From IMG/VR virus record IMGVR_UViG_3300020469_000008, positions 1 through 64,000 of that record: a DNA stretch of 64,000 nucleotides; one strand, given 5' to 3'. Positions 48,617 through 56,237 of this stretch are shown in pieces; the stretch's first letter is position 1; each line of letters starts with the position of its first letter. The DNA comes from a virus. Its lineage: Duplodnaviria > Caudoviricetes. A program made the position numbers and the translations under genes. Under the pieces are notes generated by a model. That model did no database searches, was not told the origin of the DNA, and worked only from the letters and a program-made list of their open reading frames with translations.

Positions 48617-49075
48617 ATGCGTCTAGATAGAAACAGACTAAGAAAATTAATCTTACAAGAAATGACCAGTGCGATGGAATATGGCTCACGTGGGGAAGAT
48701 TCTGGCACCCTTGTTCGACCCCCGGAGCGTAGTAAATTCAGCACAGGTACCGGACCTCTTGGCAGACAAGAGATGAAAATATCTCCTGAACAACTAAGAT
48801 TGCAACAACAAAGTTATAGGTCAAATTTTCTACCGGCAGAAGAAGTAAATCCTGAGTTTGTCAGGCTTGTTGATGAAGCATCAGACGCGATATATGAGTT
48901 AGCTGAATTTATTGGTGGAACCGGGATACGCCCAGAAGACTTTCCAAAGTTCTATGAAGCTTGGCATCCATGGGAATCAGTAATGTCAAAACTACGTAAT
49001 CAGTATGGCAATAAGGTTGATGTTGAACTTAATAGTATGCGAATGAACCCTGATAAGATCCCTGTTTTTGAGTAG
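48617..49075 (+). CDS. Putative internal head (cargo) protein with shared leader
   Basis: GGAG SD; MRLDRNRLRKLILQEM. Confidence 0.65.
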   Translation: MRLDRNRLRKLILQEMTSAMEYGSRGEDSGTLVRPPERSKFSTGTGPLGRQEMKISPEQLRLQQQSYRSNFLPAEEVNPEFVRLVDEASDAIYELAEFIGGTGIRPEDFPKFYEAWHPWESVMSKLRNQYGNKVDVELNSMRMNPDKIPVFE

Positions 49076-49134
49076 TCATTAATAATTAATAACAAGCTTT
49101 GCAAATAGAGTATAGTTACTAATAGGAGGTAATT

Positions 49135-49791
49135 ATGCTCTTTTTATATTTTCTATTAACATTTGCAACTGGCCAGGAACCAGAAGTACCAGAAGTTACC
49201 GCAGATGAAACAATTGTTGTTGAGGCACATAGAGATTACGAGGTGTATGTTGCACCGACAGTTATGGATATTCAATCGACTGAGGTTGAAGCTGTAATGG
49301 CAAAGAAAACTGTTTTTAGTTATTCATCACGTTATGCCAACGGTGCAAAAGTTAAGAACGAAAGAGGTACAGGTTACGAAAACGTAACTATAAATCATAA
49401 AATAAAAGTATATGATGAAGACACAATAGAATATGTTTGGGACAACTGCAATTACAAACGTGAACCTAAGAAGTGTGCATATCAAAACAATCACATGTTA
49501 TTAGAAACAATTGTGACCGTTGATGATCATCAAATAGTTGTTAATATGATACTATACGATTCTGATTTGACTGTATTGGGATCGTCTGTTTATACAAGTG
49601 ATTCTAGGATTAGTTGGATTCGACAACAAGAAACAACAGTTATTCAACAACAAGGGATGATGGGTAGCCAAACAATGATTCATCAGCCCAAGGAAGAGTT
49701 ACCACTAAAATGGCTAATTCCTACAAATTTACTTGATAAACATATTTGGCAAGCTAGTGCGCTACTTTGGACAGGCGTAAGACTTAACTAA
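49135..49791 (+). CDS. Hypothetical exported or membrane-anchored protein
   Basis: AGGAGG SD; hydrophobic signal-like N-terminus MLFLYFLLTFATG followed by an acidic linker. Confidence 0.6.
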   Translation: MLFLYFLLTFATGQEPEVPEVTADETIVVEAHRDYEVYVAPTVMDIQSTEVEAVMAKKTVFSYSSRYANGAKVKNERGTGYENVTINHKIKVYDEDTIEYVWDNCNYKREPKKCAYQNNHMLLETIVTVDDHQIVVNMILYDSDLTVLGSSVYTSDSRISWIRQQETTVIQQQGMMGSQTMIHQPKEELPLKWLIPTNLLDKHIWQASALLWTGVRLN

Positions 49792-50125
49792 TATATTTAC
49801 GCCAAGCGTGTCGCTTTCTTTTTGCTAAATAATCTTCGTCGTACATTTTGCGGTATGCTTCTTGTTCGAAAGGTATGTTCATGTAAGCTTCATCGTTGGT
49901 CATTCCTTTGACTTTACCTTTAAGCCAATACCATACATAGAGAATATAAAAGAATACCACCAGAAGTTCTTTCTGCTGTTCTATGTGTATTATTTCATGT
50001 CTAACAGTAACATCAGACATTTCATCTCTAGAAATAATAAAAGGAAAAAGAGTAATTGCACCAATATTAATAAATATTGAAAGATAAACAGGTAACTTGC
50101 TGTTTTGGATGATTATTGGTTTCAT
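49784..50125 (-). CDS. Small membrane-associated HEXXH (zincin-like) protein
   Basis: AGGAG SD on minus strand; HEIIH plus downstream FEQEAY; two hydrophobic segments. Only supported minus-strand gene. Confidence 0.7.
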   Translation of the reverse strand: MKPIIIQNSKLPVYLSIFINIGAITLFPFIISRDEMSDVTVRHEIIHIEQQKELLVVFFYILYVWYWLKGKVKGMTNDEAYMNIPFEQEAYRKMYDEDYLAKRKRHAWRKYIS

Positions 50126-50150
50126 AGATTTCTCCTTTAACTTTGATAAG

Positions 50151-50174
50151 TGACAGTATAATTATACATTGTCA
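50151..50174. promoter_or_regulatory. Near-perfect palindrome between divergent genes (overlapping -10 boxes / operator candidate)
   Basis: TGACA-GTATAATTATAC-AT-TGTCA; TATAAT on both strands. Confidence 0.5.
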
Positions 50175-50193
50175 TACAAAAAATACGGAGGTT

Positions 50194-50397
50194 ATGATGC
50201 CAATAAAAAAGACAGCAGCAGAAGAATGTTGCGCAAAATGTGAAAAAGATGTTGCAGCACTCAGAAAAGAGATTGCTGCGCTTAGAAAAGAGCTTGCAAA
50301 GAAACCTGCAGGTGGTGCAGACCCACGAGTAGATGCGATTGTGCAGTTTTTAAAATCTAATTTTAACCAAAAAGCAGCAAAAGCAGGAATTAAATAA
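50194..50397 (+). CDS. Small coiled-coil protein
   Basis: GGAGG SD gives start at 50194 or 50197; heptad repeat VAALRKEIAALRKELAKK preceded by CCAKC. Confidence 0.6.
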   Translation: MMPIKKTAAEECCAKCEKDVAALRKEIAALRKELAKKPAGGADPRVDAIVQFLKSNFNQKAAKAGIK

Positions 50398-50410
50398 TAT
50401 ATATAAGCAG

Positions 50411-50466
50411 GCCCGGCACACAGCATAAAGGCGACCCCACCGTCGTGTCGGAATCTTGTGGACAAG
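50411..50466 (+). promoter_or_regulatory. GC-rich structured 5' leader candidate (unidentified cis-regulatory RNA)
   Basis: CCGGCAC/GTGTCGG stem with inner GAC/GTC hairpin and CTTG-TGGA-CAAG hairpin; much more GC-rich than surrounding intergenic DNA. Confidence 0.4.
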
Positions 50467-50490
50467 TATCTCAAAATTAAGGAGGAAATT

Positions 50491-51000
50491 ATGCCAAAGG
50501 TAACATATACAAATTCGAAAGGATTGTTTCAAGAAACAGGTACAGCGGACGTTAATCTGTCCGGACAAGGAGCATTGTTCGGTCAGCTTTTAAAAATCAA
50601 GACTGTCACAGCCACAACAGTGTTGCGCGATACAGACTCAGGAAAAATTGTTTTAGTTAATCCAGCTGGGACCACACTACTTACATTACCAAGCGTGGCA
50701 AATACAGGATGGACTATCACAATAATTCTTACAGAAGACGCAGCTGGATCTGATCAAGGTATGGGACAAAAAGTTAATATTGACTTAGGTTCAGGCGCTA
50801 ACCTAGCCAATATCGGACAAATACACGAAGTCGATGGGGCCGCCGGCGATTACGCAGTAGCCAATGATGACTTTATTAATTTCTCAGCTAATGCTTCACC
50901 TGGTGACAGAGTCGATATATTTTCAGACGGATCTAGATGGCACATTTACGGTCTAGTAAAGGATGCTACAGAGGCTGTATTCAACACAGCAGCTGGATAA
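50491..51000 (+). CDS. Putative capsid decoration/fibre protein, paralog 1
   Basis: AAGGAGG SD gives start at 50491; 169 aa, beta-rich (DSGKIVLVNP...LTLP...GDRVDIF). Confidence 0.55.
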   Translation: MPKVTYTNSKGLFQETGTADVNLSGQGALFGQLLKIKTVTATTVLRDTDSGKIVLVNPAGTTLLTLPSVANTGWTITIILTEDAAGSDQGMGQKVNIDLGSGANLANIGQIHEVDGAAGDYAVANDDFINFSANASPGDRVDIFSDGSRWHIYGLVKDATEAVFNTAAG

Positions 51001-51012
51001 TAGGAGATTAAC

Positions 51013-51522
51013 ATGCCAAAAGTAACGTATACAAGTTCGAAAGGATTATTTCAAGAAAGCGGAACTGGTGAAGTAAATTTATCAGGTCAGGGTGTTTTGT
51101 TCGGTCAATTAGCAAAAACTGAAGCAATTACTGCTACTACAGCGTTGGCGTCAACTGATACCGGTAAAATATTTTTTGTCGATCCAACAGCAGCAACATT
51201 AATTACTCTACCTGCGCTAGCCTCTTCTTTAAAAGGTTGGTATTGTCGATTTGTGCTCACGGAGAATGAGACAGGAAACGCACAAGCAATGGATGCAAAA
51301 GTTAATATTGACTTGGGCGCTGGAACAGCAAACGTCGGTCAACTTCATGAACTAGACGGCGGGGCTGGAGATTATTTGGTCTCCGGAGACGATTTTGTAA
51401 CATTCTCTGCCAATGCATCAGCAGGAGACAGAGTTGATATCTTTACAGACGGTAATAGATATTATGTTTACGGTTTTGTCAAAGAAATTGCTGAATGTAA
51501 TTTTCATACCGCAGCTAGATAA
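51013..51522 (+). CDS. Putative capsid decoration/fibre protein, paralog 2
   Basis: AGGAG SD; 169 aa; clearly homologous to paralog 1 over its full length. Confidence 0.55.
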   Translation: MPKVTYTSSKGLFQESGTGEVNLSGQGVLFGQLAKTEAITATTALASTDTGKIFFVDPTAATLITLPALASSLKGWYCRFVLTENETGNAQAMDAKVNIDLGAGTANVGQLHELDGGAGDYLVSGDDFVTFSANASAGDRVDIFTDGNRYYVYGFVKEIAECNFHTAAR

Positions 51523-51542
51523 TATCTACATCCTCTATAACT

Positions 51543-51568
51543 AAAGGCACCATTTCGGTGCCTTTTTT
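51543..51568 (+). terminator. Rho-independent terminator
   Basis: AAAGGCACC-ATTTC-GGTGCCTTT followed by T-run. Confidence 0.88.
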
Positions 51569-51644
51569 ATTTTGTAACAAAGCAAAACTAGTGAGACCTT
51601 TGAGCTGTAATTGACCTACTTATACACATCTCTCGGAGATCGAT

Positions 51645-52061
51645 ATGAAGTTAGTTTTTGCTTTGTTTTGTTTAGTCGCAGGACATCTATTAGCGTGGTT
51701 GCAATTAAACGGTCCAATCTTCAATGACTGGTGGAAAGATAACATTTGGATAAGTGCACTATGTATTTCTCCAATGATTTTCTTTTTTAGCATGACATAC
51801 TGGAGTATCACTTACGAGTGGTTGCAAGCTGTGTGGTCAGTTAAATTTATCGCTTATGGCGTAAATATTGTAGTTTTTTCAATTTGTGCCTACTATTTTC
51901 TTGGTGAATCGTTATTTACTATTAGAAACGTTGTTAGTATCATATTTGCAACGTTAATGATTTTATCACAAGCATATTTACCAAAGACGAGTATATTCGG
52001 TGCCGGACAAGAAACCCCAGAGAATGTCGCTGTTAGCGATGGTGTTGATCATTCTGATTAG
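51645..52061 (+). CDS. Four-helix membrane protein, SMR/EamA (DMT)-like
   Basis: Four hydrophobic segments; FLGES motif after helix 3; GGAG SD. Confidence 0.6.
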   Translation: MKLVFALFCLVAGHLLAWLQLNGPIFNDWWKDNIWISALCISPMIFFFSMTYWSITYEWLQAVWSVKFIAYGVNIVVFSICAYYFLGESLFTIRNVVSIIFATLMILSQAYLPKTSIFGAGQETPENVAVSDGVDHSD

Positions 52062-52166
52062 CATTTGGTTAACTTATGAGTTTGTAAGGTATGATGTTCA
52101 ATGTTTCTTGAGAAAATACAAAATAAATAAGATAATTAGTAGTGTCTATAATAAAGGAGTAGAACT

Positions 52167-52463
52167 ATGTCATCAATTAATAGAGATAAAATCAGAAAAT
52201 TAATTTTAAAAGAGTTTAAAATGATGGGAATGGCTGATATGGGCCACGGCGGGATGAAGCCAATGGGAATGGTGCACACTGTTGATCACGGCCATGAAGC
52301 TAGTCACGGTCATTCTGTGATGAAATCAGCTAAAAGTTGTGTATCGCGCGAAGATTGCTGTGCTGCAATTATGTGTTTGGTTGAATGTTGCGAATGCCCA
52401 ATCACAAAGCAAGTAATTATGGAATGCTGCCAAGAAATCATGTCTGGTCAACACGATCATTAA
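52167..52463 (+). CDS. Leader-tagged Cys/His/Met-rich small protein (putative metal-binding cargo)
   Basis: AAGGAG SD; MSSINRDKIRKLILKEF; 9 Cys and 8 His in 98 aa. Confidence 0.65.
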   Translation: MSSINRDKIRKLILKEFKMMGMADMGHGGMKPMGMVHTVDHGHEASHGHSVMKSAKSCVSREDCCAAIMCLVECCECPITKQVIMECCQEIMSGQHDH

Positions 52464-53839
52464 TGAAAATTACTCGACGCCAGCTCCAAATGTTAATACA
52501 GGAGGAGATACGACAGGTGAAACCGGGTTGTTATAAAGTATACCCGAAGAAACCAAAGCGTGGCAAGAAGCGTCGTAAAGCATTATCTAAAAAGTGCAAG
52601 ACTAAGAAAGCAGCAAAGAAGCATTTGGCAGCTATTGAAATTAGTAAATCGATGCGTGAGGATGACAATCCTTGTTGGGATGGTCACAGGCCAGGTGCTC
52701 AAACCGGACAAAAAACAAAAATCGGAAAGAGTGGAAATCGCGTTGCAAATTGTGAAAAGATAAAAGAATCAATTCTTTTAGAGTCCAAATATGAACAACT
52801 CATATCACAATTACCTGGGTTGTCGTTAGTTGTTACTGAAGATATGCCGCGCGGGTTTGCATTAGATTTGCAATACGATGATTACATGATCGCATCTGCA
52901 GAGATAGTAGCTCTTTCTGTAAACCCAGGTGAACCATGTATTCCTGAGACAATGTCAGTTAGTACTATTTATACCTCGCCAGATTATCAGAATTTAGGGA
53001 TTGGTGAACTTTTACTTGATCTGATATTCTACTATGCTAGCACGTTAGACGGAGGAAAAGGACGAGGTATAACAACAGATTTGCGAGGTGGTAACACACC
53101 AATTATTAATTACATAATTCAAAGAGCATTACAAGATCCTGCATACTACAAGCAGACCACCAAAGCCGGTAATGACGAGATGGACTTTTTTGAAAAAACT
53201 AGCGACCCGGATGATGATTGCTACTCCGAATTCCTTGACGGTAAAGGTATATACTGGTTTATTAGTCAAGGTATGTCCGAAGAAGAAGCATTCGAAAAAG
53301 TTGAAATGACAGATGGAGATTTAGGCACGACTAGCTCTTGGCGAAAGAGAGGTATTGAATCTATAAAGCCTATATATGACATGCTCACACAAAGACAGGG
53401 TGCTGATGTACTTTATAGACCAGTCATTAGAAGTCGACAGTTCCAAGATGCTTATCGTAATACACCTACTCCTGAAGAAATACGTTCATTTCAAAGAGGT
53501 AAGAAACTAAAAGAACGCAAAGAACCAAGAAAAGGCACCGGTAAAAAACCAAAAGGTAGTACTAGGCGATTATATACCGATGAGAATCCCAAGGATACTG
53601 TCTCTGTTAAGTTTCGAACTAAGTCTGATATACAGGACACTTTATCAAAAAAAAGCTTTAAGAGTAAAGAACATAAGCGGCAGTCGCAGATAATTAATCT
53701 CATACATCAGCGCGTTCGTGTTGCTTACAAAAATGCAAAAGATCCTGCAACGAAAAAACGCTTAAAGCTTGCGTATGATTATGCTAAACAGAGAAAAGAA
53801 GCCAGTAAGCTTAAAACAAAAAAAATGAGGAAGAAATGA
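52463..53839 (+). CDS. Leader-tagged multi-module protein with GNAT-like acetyltransferase domain
   Basis: TAATG overlap gives start at 52463 (MKITRRQLQMLIQEEI); GNAT motif A IYTSPDYQNLGIGELLL; K/R-rich terminal modules. Confidence 0.65.
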   Translation: MKITRRQLQMLIQEEIRQVKPGCYKVYPKKPKRGKKRRKALSKKCKTKKAAKKHLAAIEISKSMREDDNPCWDGHRPGAQTGQKTKIGKSGNRVANCEKIKESILLESKYEQLISQLPGLSLVVTEDMPRGFALDLQYDDYMIASAEIVALSVNPGEPCIPETMSVSTIYTSPDYQNLGIGELLLDLIFYYASTLDGGKGRGITTDLRGGNTPIINYIIQRALQDPAYYKQTTKAGNDEMDFFEKTSDPDDDCYSEFLDGKGIYWFISQGMSEEEAFEKVEMTDGDLGTTSSWRKRGIESIKPIYDMLTQRQGADVLYRPVIRSRQFQDAYRNTPTPEEIRSFQRGKKLKERKEPRKGTGKKPKGSTRRLYTDENPKDTVSVKFRTKSDIQDTLSKKSFKSKEHKRQSQIINLIHQRVRVAYKNAKDPATKKRLKLAYDYAKQRKEASKLKTKKMRKK

Positions 53840-54342
53840 AAATATCAAAAAAATACCTGAGAAGATTGATAAAAGAATCGATTAACGAGTCCAACTTACC
53901 TCCGGGAACAAGCCAATCAGATATCGATGATTATTATTATGATGGCGATGATGAGACTAGACAGACAGGATTATCAATTGAAATGGCTTTTTATGATCCT
54001 TCTCATCCTCTTTTCAGAGGCTCACCGACAGGTATGTACGGCGATATTGAATTTTCTGATTACGGTGCTGACAGTGCTGATGAGCTATCTGAAGAGCAAT
54101 ATCGAAAAATAGAAGCTGACGTTATGGCTATCGTAAATCATCCAGCATCTAGACTTGAAGCCAACGAAATATATGAAGCTTCGCAGGAATTTATCGATGC
54201 AATGCAAGGAAACAGTAGTAATACAGGCACGTACTTTTATCCTGTGTTCGAAGAGGATGATAGTTACGATGGCCCTGATGATTTTGATTATGATCCTTAT
54301 GAAACTGCAGGTAATTTTGGACCAGATATGTTTTCAAGGTAA
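53836..54342 (+). CDS. Leader-tagged, highly acidic Asp/Tyr-rich protein
   Basis: ATGA overlap; MKISKKYLRRLIKESINE, then a D/E/Y-rich body. Confidence 0.65.
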   Translation: MKISKKYLRRLIKESINESNLPPGTSQSDIDDYYYDGDDETRQTGLSIEMAFYDPSHPLFRGSPTGMYGDIEFSDYGADSADELSEEQYRKIEADVMAIVNHPASRLEANEIYEASQEFIDAMQGNSSNTGTYFYPVFEEDDSYDGPDDFDYDPYETAGNFGPDMFSR

Positions 54343-54351
54343 GCTTAAAAT

Positions 54352-55152
54352 ATGAAAGTTACACGACGTAAACTTAAAATGATTATTGAGTCTTTCCTTC
54401 ATGAAGAAAAGGAAAAACTTGAGAAAGATCACGGCAAAAAATATGTTTGCCCAAGCTGTGGTCATGTTCATGATTCTAAAGAAGATATTAATGCCCTCTG
54501 GTCAGGAAAAAAGTGTGTAAAGTGCGGTACAAAATTTGACCTAAAGACCGGTAAAGTTCCATCAGGTAAAGGCAAGGGGCAAAAGTGGGGAATTCATGCT
54601 AATACTAAAAGTGAGTCAAAATTAAGAATGCTTCGCGAAAAAAGACATCGTAGAAAAAGAAAACTAAGAGAAACTGCGAAAGAAACTGAATGTCCTACAG
54701 CGACAACAGACATTAGTGTTAACACAGCTAATCGCGACCGAGCTCGCAAACTTGACTGGATTATATACGGCCCTTTAAATGTAGAATTTCCGGGAAAGTA
54801 TTGGGAAAAGATATCAAAAAAGTGGGGAACAGACGTTGAAGCAGCAAAGAAGTCAAACTGTGGTGTTTGTGTTGCTTTTGATCGATCCCCGAAGATGGTT
54901 GATGAGTGCATACCTGCAATAACGTCTGAACCTGTTGCAGATGAGTTCGGTGTTTTAGGGTATTGCTGGATGCACCACTTTAAGTGTCACAGTGCAAGAA
55001 CATGTAACACTTGGGCAGCTGGTGGTCCGATTAAGACTGATGAAGCGTCAGGCGAATGGTTTGAACGTAATAAAGACGGTGCGTTAAAGAAAGATCCAAT
55101 CGATCCTAATATTTATAGGGACGATACTAATACTTCACAGGAGACAGAATGA
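54352..55152 (+). CDS. Leader-tagged protein with zinc ribbon and Cys-rich (HiPIP-like) module
   Basis: MKVTRRKLKMIIESFLHE; CPSC...CVKC; NCGVCVAF...GYCWMHHFKCHSARTCNTW. Confidence 0.65.
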   Translation: MKVTRRKLKMIIESFLHEEKEKLEKDHGKKYVCPSCGHVHDSKEDINALWSGKKCVKCGTKFDLKTGKVPSGKGKGQKWGIHANTKSESKLRMLREKRHRRKRKLRETAKETECPTATTDISVNTANRDRARKLDWIIYGPLNVEFPGKYWEKISKKWGTDVEAAKKSNCGVCVAFDRSPKMVDECIPAITSEPVADEFGVLGYCWMHHFKCHSARTCNTWAAGGPIKTDEASGEWFERNKDGALKKDPIDPNIYRDDTNTSQETE

Positions 55153-56237
55153 AAATATCAAGAAGAAGAATTAGACAACTTATAAGAGAATCCCGCGAAG
55201 AACATATCCAGGGAATTAGAAGTAAACTAGTTAGATTAAATGACGAATTAGAAAACAGACAAGAGGCACTTGATGATTTAAACTATCAATCACAAAGTAT
55301 GATGGATTTTTATTCAGATGACCCATATGCTGGTAGAGATGAGATGATGGCCGGTGACCCGATTAGAGATCAAATATATGACATCGAAAACAAGATAACA
55401 TTGTTGCAAAATCAACTAGATGCTTTAGAAGCTGCTAATGGTGGCCCGGTAGGTCAACTACCAAGGGGTAGAATATTCGAAGAAGTTTCTGATCTGACTG
55501 ATGAAAAACAAAAAGAAATAGATGACGCAGTTGCTGATTATTTAGCCAAAGAAGGCGGAGCAGCATCTGAAGAGGGAACCGAAGATATTGTTCGTGACAA
55601 GGTTGATGGCATTGATGCAAAATCGTATCTTTCAAACAATGAAAGATTTAAGCAGCTAACAGTAAATAACGACCCAATGGACTATTATGATACAACTTTA
55701 ACTGAAGCTAGAGTCTTTATTAGAGAGAAATTAGAAAAAATTGGTTTTTACAAGAAGTACGGTTACGGATTAGATGATATACCAAACAAAACAAAAGCGC
55801 ATGACGATATCATAGGGCACACGTGACTGACCCACGTTAAGCGGAAGGATTCTGCTTTAAATGAAGTTGGTGAAGTTTTATGGCACAGCCTTGATGAAAG
55901 TGGTCACATATCTGTTTATGACGTCGAATGGTCAGACGGTACAATTGAAAGAGATATCCCAGCAATTTTATTAGAAAAAGTTAAAGATAGTAATGCTGTC
56001 GACGAGGTTCACGAGGCACACGGTGTAGACGGACATAGACTAGATTCTGCTATCGATGAGAGAAAGTACAAGAAAAAGAAAAAAACAAAGAAACGTAAAA
56101 AGAAAAAGCATAGTTTGTACCCATATGTGTTTGGGTTTGGCTATCACCACGATGCTGAAAATTATGATTATGATATCGGTGGTGATTATGGAGATTTTGG
56201 AGGCGGCTTCGGTGACGGAGGCGGTGGTGGAGAATGA
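55149..56237 (+). CDS. Leader-tagged multi-module protein interrupted by one in-frame TGA (55824-55826): readthrough, nonsense mutation or sequence error
   Basis: MKISRRRIRQLIRESREE. After the TGA the same frame stays open for 136 codons (LTHVKRKDSALNEVGEVLWHSLDESG...GGGGGE) and ends in an ATGA overlap with the next gene; no in-frame ATG or GTG start in the downstream part. Confidence 0.65.

Noticed and set aside
30589-52462. ORF-track starts at 30589, 41826, 42446, 47863, 48301, 50143, 50458 and 52385
   Set aside because: Downstream ATGs with proper SDs or coupling overlaps (30622, 41853, 42452, 47953/47956, 48355, 50194, 50491, 52463) fit better, and they expose the shared leader at the N-terminus.
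55824-55860. Selenocysteine at the in-frame TGA
   Set aside because: No bacterial SECIS-like hairpin at the expected distance and no redox-motif context; Trp, readthrough or error is more plausible.
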